This document shows positions 29,269-38,770 of a stretch of DNA of 64,000 bases, in pieces (within the stretch, counting starts at the first letter, position 1; each line of letters begins with the position of its first letter). The DNA is from a virus. The position numbers and the translations under genes are program-made. The stretch is taken from positions 1-64,000 of IMG/VR virus record IMGVR_UViG_3300010373_000004, one strand, 5' to 3'. The notes beneath the pieces were generated by a model. The model was not told the origin of the DNA and made no database searches. It saw only the letters and a list, made by a program, of their open reading frames with translations.

Positions 29269-31114
29269 GGTCAGGTCCTTCCATTCCTAATAATTCTGCA
29301 TGTTGCATGCAGTAATCGCCATTTGAAATTTTCTTTTTACAATCTTTGTAATTACAATCATTTCCTAAGTCCATAGGGAACAAAGGCCAAGACTGCTGAG
29401 CATCTGAGTTAAAGTCTCTTGCATTCTTGGACTTTGTACTTCCCTTTCCGGACGTTACTTGTGATGTATTCTTATCTCTACCAGATGCAACCTCTCCAGT
29501 ACCACCTTGCTTCTGTGAAACAAGATGTTCCCAATCAGGTTGTGCTTTTGCAGCTTTAGTACCAGTTACCTTCAAAGAAGCCTGGTCCTGTGTCTGCCAG
29601 CCATTATCTCTAATCATCTGGTGATTGCCAATCTCAACTCTATGAGCCTGCGCATCTTGTAATCGCTGAGTTGATCTAATAGCATCCCAAGAAGAAACAA
29701 CGCGCAAATCATGATATCCAAGTAAGAAAGCATTTAATACAAGATGCTTCTTAATATGGTCAGATATTACATCACGATATGCTTCTACATCATGAACATA
29801 CATTTCAAACTGATTAGCAGTAAGTTCTGAATTACCGGTATCCTCTACGTCCATGAACTGAGGGATTTCTTTAAGTGCAGTAACAATTTCTCTTTTTACA
29901 GCACTTATAATTTTATCAATACCAGTAAGGTCTGCGCCTTTAACATCTTGCGTTACTTCAAGATAATCAGGATGAACAAACGCATCCCTAGGCTGGAGAG
30001 CACCATATTGAGACTGAACTTCACTAATTCTGTCGTTTATGAATGACGCTAACTTAGCAGCACTATTCATTTCATTTGGTGAAATCTGTGCCATTAACTT
30101 CATTAAGATTTCAGACTTTAGACTAAAATCAGTGTGGCCCCATGCCTGGTTTTCAACAACCCTTTGAAGATCACGAAATAGTTGTGCCGCAAAGAAGATA
30201 ACCTGTAAGGCAGGCCAAGCTGGAGAGCGGCCATACGGATCATCAATACCGGGATCAAAAGGGGTATATGCAAAACTAGCAAGATTCATTTCCCTAAAAG
30301 GAAGTGTATTCATCTGGTGCATATCATGATACAGTTCTGGAAGATTCATTCCCCACAGATACTGTAACTGAAATGGTCTTGGAAACTGATTAGCATCCCG
30401 CTCAAAATAGATTGTATCAGGACAAACAGGAAAGATATTTCCAGTTCCCTTCAAATCTGGCATGATTTCAGAATCATGACATGCAGCGCCCCAACAGAAT
30501 ATAGAAAACACCAACTGCTTTATAATCATGTTGATGCCACCATAGAAAGGATTGATTCTTGTTATACAATCATCAATCATTCCTTGACCGCGTGGGTCCT
30601 CTGAACCATCTTTCTTAACAGCCTTGAAAGTTACTTTGGTTCCAACCATTCGTAACTTATTATTCAATGCCTTAGCAATTTCAGGAGAAACATCAGCTAA
30701 AACATTAAGTAATCCGCCTGGTGTCCAACCATAAGCGTTAAGGTCTTGAATATCAATTTGCTGAGGGTTTTTTTTCGGTATCCAAAAATAACCGTGTGTA
30801 TAACCCGACGCAGCAGCAAATGGATTATAATTAGTAGGTTGTGATTGACGACCTACAGCAAGACCGAAACCTTGCGCTCCACGTAATGCTGTCCAAATTG
30901 ATTCTGCTGTTGGTGACACAGGTAATTGAGCCATTTCCACTTTTTCAAGTGGAGGCGTCATTATCTTACCCGGTGATGACTTTGGATGCCCAAAAGCATC
31001 TTTTGTCAGTTCACCAGAACCTTCTGATTGTGGCTTATTAAAACTGGAATTATCTGGCACCAGTCGCTTGTAAAGAGCATCCAGAACTGCTACATGAAAT
31101 TTATCTAATTGCAT
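29255..31114 (-). CDS. Portal protein
   Basis: 619 aa downstream of terminase; 'DDPYGRSP' portal motif. Confidence 0.8.
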   Translation of the reverse strand: MQLDKFHVAVLDALYKRLVPDNSSFNKPQSEGSGELTKDAFGHPKSSPGKIMTPPLEKVEMAQLPVSPTAESIWTALRGAQGFGLAVGRQSQPTNYNPFAAASGYTHGYFWIPKKNPQQIDIQDLNAYGWTPGGLLNVLADVSPEIAKALNNKLRMVGTKVTFKAVKKDGSEDPRGQGMIDDCITRINPFYGGINMIIKQLVFSIFCWGAACHDSEIMPDLKGTGNIFPVCPDTIYFERDANQFPRPFQLQYLWGMNLPELYHDMHQMNTLPFREMNLASFAYTPFDPGIDDPYGRSPAWPALQVIFFAAQLFRDLQRVVENQAWGHTDFSLKSEILMKLMAQISPNEMNSAAKLASFINDRISEVQSQYGALQPRDAFVHPDYLEVTQDVKGADLTGIDKIISAVKREIVTALKEIPQFMDVEDTGNSELTANQFEMYVHDVEAYRDVISDHIKKHLVLNAFLLGYHDLRVVSSWDAIRSTQRLQDAQAHRVEIGNHQMIRDNGWQTQDQASLKVTGTKAAKAQPDWEHLVSQKQGGTGEVASGRDKNTSQVTSGKGSTKSKNARDFNSDAQQSWPLFPMDLGNDCNYKDCKKKISNGDYCMQHAELLGMEGPDHESS

Positions 31115-31407
31115 TATCTAAAGTAGTGATAGGTTCTACCTCGATTATTGCCTCGCATGCGTTCCATACCAACACCCATACGTGCCTGCCACTCTTGGAC
31201 AGTTTCTCTTTGTTCTGATGACATTCCATCATCAGGGATACAACATTGTTCTAATTCTTCACGACCTATATGCGTGATACCCACTGGAGAACTATTAACT
31301 CCATTTCCAATATCACGTAATTGGCCTGGAGCCTTACTTAATTCTTCCTGAGTGTATATAGGTTCTTTGTAGACCGCGTTAGGATCATACTCATTTGTTT
31401 CAGGCAT
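31114..31407 (-). CDS. Hypothetical protein
   Basis: RBS; coupled to the portal gene. Confidence 0.5.
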   Translation of the reverse strand: MPETNEYDPNAVYKEPIYTQEELSKAPGQLRDIGNGVNSSPVGITHIGREELEQCCIPDDGMSSEQRETVQEWQARMGVGMERMRGNNRGRTYHYFR

Positions 31408-31424
31408 ACAATACTCCGTACCTA

Positions 31425-31634
31425 TTATACAGCCGCTTCTGGTTCTGCGCTACTCTTACGCTGATTATTGAACCACTCAATGAAGTTATCATCAAATGTT
31501 AACTTTCCGCAAGACGCGCACAGAAATCCTCCGTAGGCTGGAAGGAAACGTATCTGATGATCTTGTAATAAACACTGTTCAAACCAACGCTTGTATAGGT
31601 ATTGAAATTCTGGCTTAACCTGTGCAAAGTCCAT
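31425..31634 (-). CDS. Small Zn-binding hypothetical protein
   Basis: C..H / CASC. Confidence 0.4.
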   Translation of the reverse strand: MDFAQVKPEFQYLYKRWFEQCLLQDHQIRFLPAYGGFLCASCGKLTFDDNFIEWFNNQRKSSAEPEAAV

Positions 31635-31940
31635 TCATTATATCCCAATCAGCTACTTCTCTACCACAAGAAACGCACCGTGTGCTTTGAACATGTATAT
31701 CTCTTATTACAGTATGATCGTCTCTGATACATGACCCAAACAGCAAAAACAATGCTGTAGCCCACCTATCATTAAAAGGAAGCATTTTAGATTCCATATA
31801 CTTTTTCTATTCCTCTGACTCTAACTTTTGTAGAACCGCATTTACACTGCCATTGTTTCGGATGATATTCATCCTGGCTCCAGAAATTATGGCAGATAGC
31901 ACAATACAGAGTGAAACACAAAAGAACCGCTTTTGGTTTC

Positions 31941-33914
31941 TTAGTACCCTGTAGGGCGGCTTTGAGTCGTTCCTTGTCTGTATTGTCCATAAAAACCACG
32001 TTGTTGTTGATTTCCTCTGATAACACCTAATCCTGGAAAGACTGGAGCAGATTTCTCCGGGGCCGCGCTTTTAACTCCAAAGAAAAGATCTTGAAGTGCA
32101 GTTTCTACCGGGATTGATGAATTATCAAGTCTAGTAGCTTTAGCCGCTACTAAAGCGTATGTTAATGAATGAGCAAAATGATCATCACCAGTATTTATGT
32201 ATATAACTTTACCTGTTGGTACTTGCTTCTTTAATTGTCCATTTTGAAGCGTCTGGACGGAACCATCGTCTACAATTCTAGTAAGCGCCATTAAGTGACG
32301 CGGAAACTGTCCGAACCCGCTGTCATCTTCCAAACCGCCAACTCTATGGATAGGGTAGGGCAAAACAATGTTTTTCTTAAATACATAGTCGAACATAAGC
32401 TCCAAGCATTCCGAACGGCCCATTGTAACTGAGTAGGTAAATTCTTTGGAAGATTCCAAATCATCTTCATCATAGACGTATAGATTAGCACCTTTATTGG
32501 CCCAACCTGGAGCGTAGTGTCCAGCATAAATGCGATACGGAAATGCTTTACACAATTCCATTGTTTTACGATATTCTGGATGATTGTCAATTACGCCTCG
32601 TAGACAGTCGTATTTTTTGAATATAGGAGGTAGTTCTTCAAACTCCTTAGGACTACCAGCAAATAATAATACAGGTACATCACGACCTCCGGTCATTTCG
32701 TATAGTGATGCATTATCTCTAGGATAACCAATCACTGTAACATGTAGAATGTTTTGTCCTACATCAACTCCCATGAAACAACGCTTCCAGTCACCATCAT
32801 AGGCAGTATAAAATTGATTAAACACAGGTGAAGCATTATTGGCAGGTTGGCAGGCTTGTAAATGTTCAAGAGAACACTGAACTCCTTGGGGAGCCCTAGG
32901 AAGTCCACAGACAGAATTATAGAATTCTTGTGTCGCAGCCTCACTTAATTTACCTTCTCTTTCTCTTTCTACTGTCTTAGCTATTGAATCAAACAACTCA
33001 CCAGCAAGCCTGTTAGAGAATAGCTTAGGTAAGTGATAGCCTTCATGGTCCACGTTAGGACTAGATAATTCACGTTGATTAACCCAACGACCATTCCAAA
33101 CATTACTGATATGAGCACAAGAAGGACACCCAACGTAATAGTCTTTACCACGATGAAAGTTCGTACCAATTTTTTCATCAGCATAGTCTATTGTTAATTG
33201 TGATTGCTTAACGCCACTAAGCGGTCTAATCCAATCGTGGACCAGGGCCAAATCATGCTCATAGCCGCAACGTGAGCATTTAACCATCCAGGTTTTGTTG
33301 GTGCTCCGCTGAATGAGGGAATCAATCCCCCTATTTGGATATTTTGGTGTTGATCCGCCACGATAAAAAGGGTGCAGTGAGGACTGTGCTCTAATCTTAC
33401 CAGCTTCGATGACGGTATCAGCCATTTCGTCAACTTCATCGAAAATAACAACATCAGCATCAACAGATATGACCTGGCGTCTATTTTGCGATCCTCGGAA
33501 GTATATAAATCCATCACCAACTTGTTTAATTTGAACATTTTGTTTTGTCTTTACTTTCTTTTGGTTTATAACCCTATTAGCGGTTCGCTGGGCGAGATAA
33601 GGATTAGAAGATATCTCGGGATCAAGTCTGGCAATAGAATAGTCATTTAGCTGCTTTTCAGATGGGAAGTAATAAGCAACAACGCCTCTATCGCCCCATT
33701 TAACATCAGCAGCAAAAAATGCTAACGTAATGAGATATTCTGAGAAGAATAACTGAGCCGCTTTTTCAACATACATTTCCATCGACTGGTCACGATAGAT
33801 TGCTTTGTATGGTGGAATTATACTAAAAGGTTTCCCTTTAAGTGTTCTACGATTCAAAGACCAAGTATAAAGGTCTATCTTCTCTAAGGGACTAAGTGGT
33901 CCTACAAGTGGCAT
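31941..33914 (-). CDS. terL: Terminase large subunit (lambda GpA-like)
   Basis: 'VEKAAQL' Walker A variant, 'IFDEVDE' Walker B, 'GSTP', Zn fingers, 'MGVDVG' nuclease, 'DDHFAHS'. Confidence 0.85.
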   Translation of the reverse strand: MPLVGPLSPLEKIDLYTWSLNRRTLKGKPFSIIPPYKAIYRDQSMEMYVEKAAQLFFSEYLITLAFFAADVKWGDRGVVAYYFPSEKQLNDYSIARLDPEISSNPYLAQRTANRVINQKKVKTKQNVQIKQVGDGFIYFRGSQNRRQVISVDADVVIFDEVDEMADTVIEAGKIRAQSSLHPFYRGGSTPKYPNRGIDSLIQRSTNKTWMVKCSRCGYEHDLALVHDWIRPLSGVKQSQLTIDYADEKIGTNFHRGKDYYVGCPSCAHISNVWNGRWVNQRELSSPNVDHEGYHLPKLFSNRLAGELFDSIAKTVEREREGKLSEAATQEFYNSVCGLPRAPQGVQCSLEHLQACQPANNASPVFNQFYTAYDGDWKRCFMGVDVGQNILHVTVIGYPRDNASLYEMTGGRDVPVLLFAGSPKEFEELPPIFKKYDCLRGVIDNHPEYRKTMELCKAFPYRIYAGHYAPGWANKGANLYVYDEDDLESSKEFTYSVTMGRSECLELMFDYVFKKNIVLPYPIHRVGGLEDDSGFGQFPRHLMALTRIVDDGSVQTLQNGQLKKQVPTGKVIYINTGDDHFAHSLTYALVAAKATRLDNSSIPVETALQDLFFGVKSAAPEKSAPVFPGLGVIRGNQQQRGFYGQYRQGTTQSRPTGY

Positions 33915-34290
33915 ATATGACCTCCATACATGTATGACCAGTAACAGGATCATACATAACTCCACAATTAAGGCACTTTGTTAAACTTGTGCTAATGTAA
34001 GGAGCAGTAACAGTACACGAATGCGTTTGTCCATGAGGAACCCATGAACCACACAAGGAACACCTGTAACCAGTTATATATACTGGAGCAGAAGGAACTG
34101 TCCACATATTTCTGTTTTGGTAAAGTGCGATTAAAATTTCAGCTAAATCATAATCTGCATCATTTAAATGCACTAATTGAACATAATCTTCCTTATTCTT
34201 GTCGATTGGCTGGACGCCAAGCGCCGTAACGATGCTGGAGAGCATTAACTGATTTCTTTCTTTTCTATCAATCTTGAACATTGAACTCAC
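33892..34290 (-). CDS. Hypothetical Zn-finger protein
   Basis: Two CxxC...HxC motifs. Confidence 0.45.
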   Translation of the reverse strand: MSSMFKIDRKERNQLMLSSIVTALGVQPIDKNKEDYVQLVHLNDADYDLAEILIALYQNRNMWTVPSAPVYITGYRCSLCGSWVPHGQTHSCTVTAPYISTSLTKCLNCGVMYDPVTGHTCMEVIYATCRTT

Positions 34291-34915
34291 CTTCTAGTGC
34301 CTCTATCTGTGCCAAACGATCTTCTGGATTGTTGGCCTGGTGGAATTTAGCTGTTACTTGTTGTTGTGAAGCTGTTATAGATTCTAAATTAGCTTCACCT
34401 GGGCGAATCGCCTCAAATGGATTCGTTTTATCTGGAAGGATTCCTACTGACTGCATGTGCTTTAACTTCTTTTCCCTGATCTCGGCTCTACCTTTAATAG
34501 CCGATAGCTTGACAGCCGAACCCTTCCCTGCTTCCTCTATGAAATCCGTAAGTGCTTTTAAGTCCTCATCATACCCAAATACACCAGCACCAACTAAATG
34601 GTCTGGATTCATGTGGCGAACTGATAATTTTGTGGTTAATAATTCACCAATTGAACGTTCGTCATACTTGGGAAAGCGATTACATAGCTGGCGGACTGAT
34701 GCTCCGGCTACATATAGCTCAACAATCTTATTTTCTATCTTTTCAAGTTCTACTGCATATTCTTCTTCGGGAGTCATAACTTGAAGATGTGTTTCTTGTT
34801 GAGCCTCTAAAGGATCATCAATGTCATCTGCCTCTTGTAATAGGGCTTCCAGGTCATTTTCGGAGGACATACTGGCAGAATACCTGATTTTGTTGACAAT
34901 TGCAAGAGGGTACAT
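34268..34915 (-). CDS. Putative terminase small subunit
   Basis: HTH-like segment followed by helical region; first gene of the late arm. Confidence 0.5.
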   Translation of the reverse strand: MYPLAIVNKIRYSASMSSENDLEALLQEADDIDDPLEAQQETHLQVMTPEEEYAVELEKIENKIVELYVAGASVRQLCNRFPKYDERSIGELLTTKLSVRHMNPDHLVGAGVFGYDEDLKALTDFIEEAGKGSAVKLSAIKGRAEIREKKLKHMQSVGILPDKTNPFEAIRPGEANLESITASQQQVTAKFHQANNPEDRLAQIEALEGEFNVQD

Positions 34916-34944
34916 ATACTGATTGCTCCGCGCCGCCAGGTAAG

Positions 34945-35310
34945 TCCTATTAGTATCACTGTAAAAGCTGTAATCTTGACAGGCATGGTATAATTAAAGG
35001 TGAGAGATACTAACATAAAGGGAAGTCCTATTGGTATTCTAGAAATGAAAAATATAAATTTCTGGTTAGAATCATGCTTTTCTGCAAAATCTAATAATAT
35101 TATTTTCAGAAAGGGGAGAAAATTCTTTGCGACACCAGTCCCCTCGGATTGTGGACGGCGCTATTAGGGCGCGGTAACATGGGGTCTTAGGTAATACTAA
35201 CATTTGTTGTTAGGTCGGGATAAACCACGATGTTAGGGGATGCTAATAATTGCGGTGAGGGTACTAATAGATTGGAAGTTAGCGTCCTATTACCGACCAG
35301 GACCTATTTC
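34945..35310. repeat. Dispersed TACTAAYA/CCTATT motif array in the divergent intergenic region
   Basis: gtcctattagta 34944, tactaacat 35008 and 35195, gtcctattggta 35024, tactaatag 35262, gtcctatt 35285, gacctatt 35301 (approximate starts). Confidence 0.5.
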
Positions 35311-35408
35311 CTATATGTTTTGGCAGTCGCCTATCACGCGCGATACTTCCCCTGGCGGCAGGAACCGCCACGAAAAAACGCATGCCTAAAAGGCAGGAGG
35401 GACTATCA

Positions 35409-36227
35409 ATGGCCACTGATAACGAATCCACAAACAATGAGACGGAAAGCACGCAAAGGGAACGCGTATGCCCGGTGAACGTCTACAAGAAGGGCCTTAT
35501 TAAACCGTTCATTATCGGCAACGGTTTCATTACCGTATGGCCCACTTTCACGGTTGAAACTGCCAAGGAACAAACCGCCGAGGATATCCTGTCTGAGCGT
35601 TTCGCGGGAAAGGTTGATGCGCTCAAAACGGCAGGGGCATATGACGCCATATTGGAAATGATCAAGGGTGAGATTGCGGCCAGGAAGAATAGCGGCAGCA
35701 ATAAGCTTCCCGAATCCATCAATGGTGACGATCTGAGGGCATTTCCAGCAGTGCGTATCTACTCGGCACTCGGGCGATATGACCTGTCTGTGATGGCAGT
35801 CAATTCGGTATCGCAGGATGACACCGAAACCCTTACCGAATTCGCCGAGCTAATCATCCGTCGCATGAACGGCAAGGTTGCCTCCTCCGATTTTGCGGTG
35901 ATGTGGAAGATCGAAACCCTTGAAGCGATGATCAAGATCGCGGGATGCGCAAAGCTGACTGCCGTGGAAATGAGCCAGGATGACAAAAAGGCTCGGGATA
36001 AGGCTCGCAAGGAAAAGGCAGACAAGATGATTGCTGATTGCGGTTTCACGGCCGACCAATTGAAGATCGATGCGATCAAGAAGATCGTTACCGATGCTTC
36101 CCGAGAGGGCGAATCCGGGCAAGCTTTCACGGTTGAGGGCAAGTGGGACAATGACAAGCTTTGGGCAGAGGTGATCAAAGCGAATCCCCGTACTGCTGGC
36201 GCCAAGGAACCTGCTAATCAACAGTAG
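35409..36227 (+). CDS. Hypothetical early protein (GC-rich gene)
   Basis: Strong RBS GGAGG; likely start MATDNE. Confidence 0.7.
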   Translation: MATDNESTNNETESTQRERVCPVNVYKKGLIKPFIIGNGFITVWPTFTVETAKEQTAEDILSERFAGKVDALKTAGAYDAILEMIKGEIAARKNSGSNKLPESINGDDLRAFPAVRIYSALGRYDLSVMAVNSVSQDDTETLTEFAELIIRRMNGKVASSDFAVMWKIETLEAMIKIAGCAKLTAVEMSQDDKKARDKARKEKADKMIADCGFTADQLKIDAIKKIVTDASREGESGQAFTVEGKWDNDKLWAEVIKANPRTAGAKEPANQQ

Positions 36228-36232
36228 GAACA

Positions 36233-36324
36233 GTCGAAACAGGGAGTGTCTGAGCAGACTTACTGATACGCCGAAACGTGCCCTCCCATCGGCAACGGTG
36301 GGAGGGTTTCGGCATTTCTGAGAC
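36233..36324 (+). ncRNA. Type II hammerhead-like RNA with hairpin inserted in the CUGAnGA core
   Basis: GTC-GAAAC...GTC-[TGAG caga CTTA]-CTGA-[53-nt hairpin]-GA-GAC. Confidence 0.5.
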
Positions 36325-36698
36325 ATGAAAGACCTGGAAATACTTTACTTTCTAAAGTATCAATGCCGGCACGGTCTGAATACCCTACCAGGGTATCCTA
36401 TGACTGATGCCCTCGTTTCATGCATGGGAAGCACCATAAGCGAGAGCTATCATTCCTGCCATTTTGAGGGCCATACAGGCGATTTTCGGCGACGTCCGAT
36501 AACTGATGCGTTGAGGGCTAGAATCGCCCGTAGAATCGGCTCAAATCAGGTTTGTATTATTGTCAAGTGGAGCACGGCGGTCGCCTGGCCAGAAAAGCGA
36601 CCGGCCTTCATAAATAACATCAATGTTTTGGATTGTGTTATCTATGTGGGCGCTCTAGTCCTAGTCCACTAAAATCAAAAACAGAAAGGGAAGTCCTA

Positions 36699-36932
36699 AT
36701 GTCACTCGATCAACAATTGGCCGCATTCAGAACAGACTGGAGCAATGTCAATCGCAAATTGTCATTTGCGCAAAGGGATGGCCGTAAGTCTAAGACGGCT
36801 GAATTGTCCTTGCGAAAGACAATCATCGAGAACATGATCGAAAAGATTAATCTCGATATCAACAAGTGCATCGCATCTAGCGACCACTCCAAAGCTTTCT
36901 GCAACAATTGCGGGATGCAGGTCGAACGATGA
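36699..36932 (+). CDS. Hypothetical protein
   Basis: RBS; start MSLDQQ. Confidence 0.55.
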   Translation: MSLDQQLAAFRTDWSNVNRKLSFAQRDGRKSKTAELSLRKTIIENMIEKINLDINKCIASSDHSKAFCNNCGMQVER

Positions 36933-37111
36933 TCAAAATCAACGTCAAAGAAGTCACAAGCATAGGTGTTTCCCACAACATCATCACCGTCACTGAACAA
37001 CAAGCCATTGTTTTAATCAAAGCTTTGGTCGATGTGATGACTGGTGGTGAGAATATGATGGGCTCTCATCTGCCTGGACGCGATTTCGAGGTTTCAGTAG
37101 AGCGCAAATAA
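36929..37111 (+). CDS. Hypothetical protein
   Basis: ATGA coupling to the upstream gene. Confidence 0.5.
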   Translation: MIKINVKEVTSIGVSHNIITVTEQQAIVLIKALVDVMTGGENMMGSHLPGRDFEVSVERK

Positions 37112-37112
37112 C

Positions 37113-37184
37113 GTCGAAATTACTGGTGGTAAATAGCCGCCAGTAATATAGTGGATTGACATTCCACTACTGATGAGACTGTCA
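37113..37184 (+). ncRNA. Type II hammerhead ribozyme
   Basis: GTC-GAAA-TTACTGG..CCAGTAA-TA-TAGTGGA..TCCACTA-CTGATGA-GAC; 3' TGTCA can pair with loop-I TGACA. Confidence 0.9.
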
Positions 37185-37206
37185 CAATTTAGCAGAAAGG
37201 ACAATC

Positions 37207-38529
37207 ATGGCAGGTAGAAAGTGCGCTGAATGCGGTGGGCCGGGTCATAACTCGGCTACTTGCGGACAGTATGCACATTACAAATGTCCAGAATGTGGGC
37301 TTACATTTAGTAAATGGCCCGCTCCTAGGTGGCGCGCAGAGGCGTACTGCAAAGGTGACGAAGTAAATCCACACAATGAAACAGAGGTTGTGGAATTCGA
37401 CGGCCGCCCAACACCGAGCGCACGACCTACTAGCAATAGTGGATTCGACCTTGATAAATTAGTCGAGCAAATATCCACTGCTGTAGTCGCCGCCAGTGGT
37501 TTGTCAAATGTTGAATATGACAAGCTACATAACTGGATCAAAGAAGAAGCGGATTCAAGACTGGAAGCGTATGATACGCAGCATATCCAGCTTGTTAATG
37601 AACTGCGAGAGTTTACAAACACTCTCAATGATCTCCGCAACAAAGTAGCGGCTACACAAACTCACACCCACACTTTGCAACTGGCAGAGAATAAGGGTGA
37701 GTATAAGTTCGCTACTAATGAGGCGCCCTCTGCAATCTTGCAGGATTTGGTGAAGTATTACAAGATTCGCCAGCTTGCGATGATTTGGGGACCGTCGGGC
37801 AGTGGTAAATCATTCGCCGTCGAACAAGCCTACAAAGTAATTAAGGCTCAGTTCGGATTCAGTGATGATGAATTCATCTTTGTACCACTGTCAATGACTC
37901 TTGGCATTAATGAGGCTGACCTTTATGGTCGCATGTTGCCGGATGGCTCATTTGTTGAGTCTAAGCTTTGTGTGGCCTATGAGAAAGGTGGGCTGGTGCT
38001 GTGGGATGAAATGGACGGTGCCGACCAAAACTTGTTACTTGTCATTAATAGGATTGTGGAGTATGACGATTTCTACAACCCAAAGAACGGCAAGACTTAC
38101 AAGAGACACAAAAACTTCCATTCATTTGCTGCAACCAACACAAACGGTCGTGGACCGACAGCAGCATACAATAGCCGCAATCGGCTAGATATGGCAACAC
38201 TTACACGGTTCAACCAAGCTGTGTATCTCTCTTACAATGAAGATGTGGAGAGGGCCATTCTTTCCGATGAAACATTGCTGAATGTGGCATGGAAGATCAG
38301 AGAATATCTGATGAATAACAATGCACAGGAAGTAATGTCAACCCGACATATCCGGGATATCGCTAAAGGTCTGGCAGAATTCGATGCTAAGACTCTTTTT
38401 GAACGCATGATTTCTACGTGGGCTCCTAATCTGCGCGAGGGCATCGTGCGCCTGCCAGAGTGGGGATATCTCGCTGCATATAAGGCTAATGTAAATCTGG
38501 ATTTTCTCTATGAAGAAGTCGAGAACTAG
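37207..38529 (+). CDS. MoxR/CbbQ/CobS-type AAA+ ATPase with N-terminal Zn fingers
   Basis: GPSGSGKS Walker A, LWDEMD Walker B, ATNTNG sensor, 'LDMATLTRF' Arg finger. Confidence 0.85.
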   Translation: MAGRKCAECGGPGHNSATCGQYAHYKCPECGLTFSKWPAPRWRAEAYCKGDEVNPHNETEVVEFDGRPTPSARPTSNSGFDLDKLVEQISTAVVAASGLSNVEYDKLHNWIKEEADSRLEAYDTQHIQLVNELREFTNTLNDLRNKVAATQTHTHTLQLAENKGEYKFATNEAPSAILQDLVKYYKIRQLAMIWGPSGSGKSFAVEQAYKVIKAQFGFSDDEFIFVPLSMTLGINEADLYGRMLPDGSFVESKLCVAYEKGGLVLWDEMDGADQNLLLVINRIVEYDDFYNPKNGKTYKRHKNFHSFAATNTNGRGPTAAYNSRNRLDMATLTRFNQAVYLSYNEDVERAILSDETLLNVAWKIREYLMNNNAQEVMSTRHIRDIAKGLAEFDAKTLFERMISTWAPNLREGIVRLPEWGYLAAYKANVNLDFLYEEVEN

Positions 38530-38770
38530 ATTTACCTGCCTCGATTGTGGCGTGGACACAAGCAGGATCGGGGAGTATTATATGCTCTCCGATTCTACTT
38601 GGAGTCTAATACACAATAGCAATAAAGGCATGTTGTGTATTGGCTGCGCTGAAAATCGTTTAGGTCGCAAGCTGGTAGCATCCGACTTCCATGTTTGTAC
38701 TCTCAACGATTTTCACCATAGCTGTTATATGCGTTCACAAAGATTAGTTGATAGGATGACTAATGGCTGA
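38510..38770 (+). CDS. Small Zn-finger protein
   Basis: CLDC...YML..W...LCIGCAE.RLGR.L. Confidence 0.6.
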   Translation: MKKSRTRFTCLDCGVDTSRIGEYYMLSDSTWSLIHNSNKGMLCIGCAENRLGRKLVASDFHVCTLNDFHHSCYMRSQRLVDRMTNG

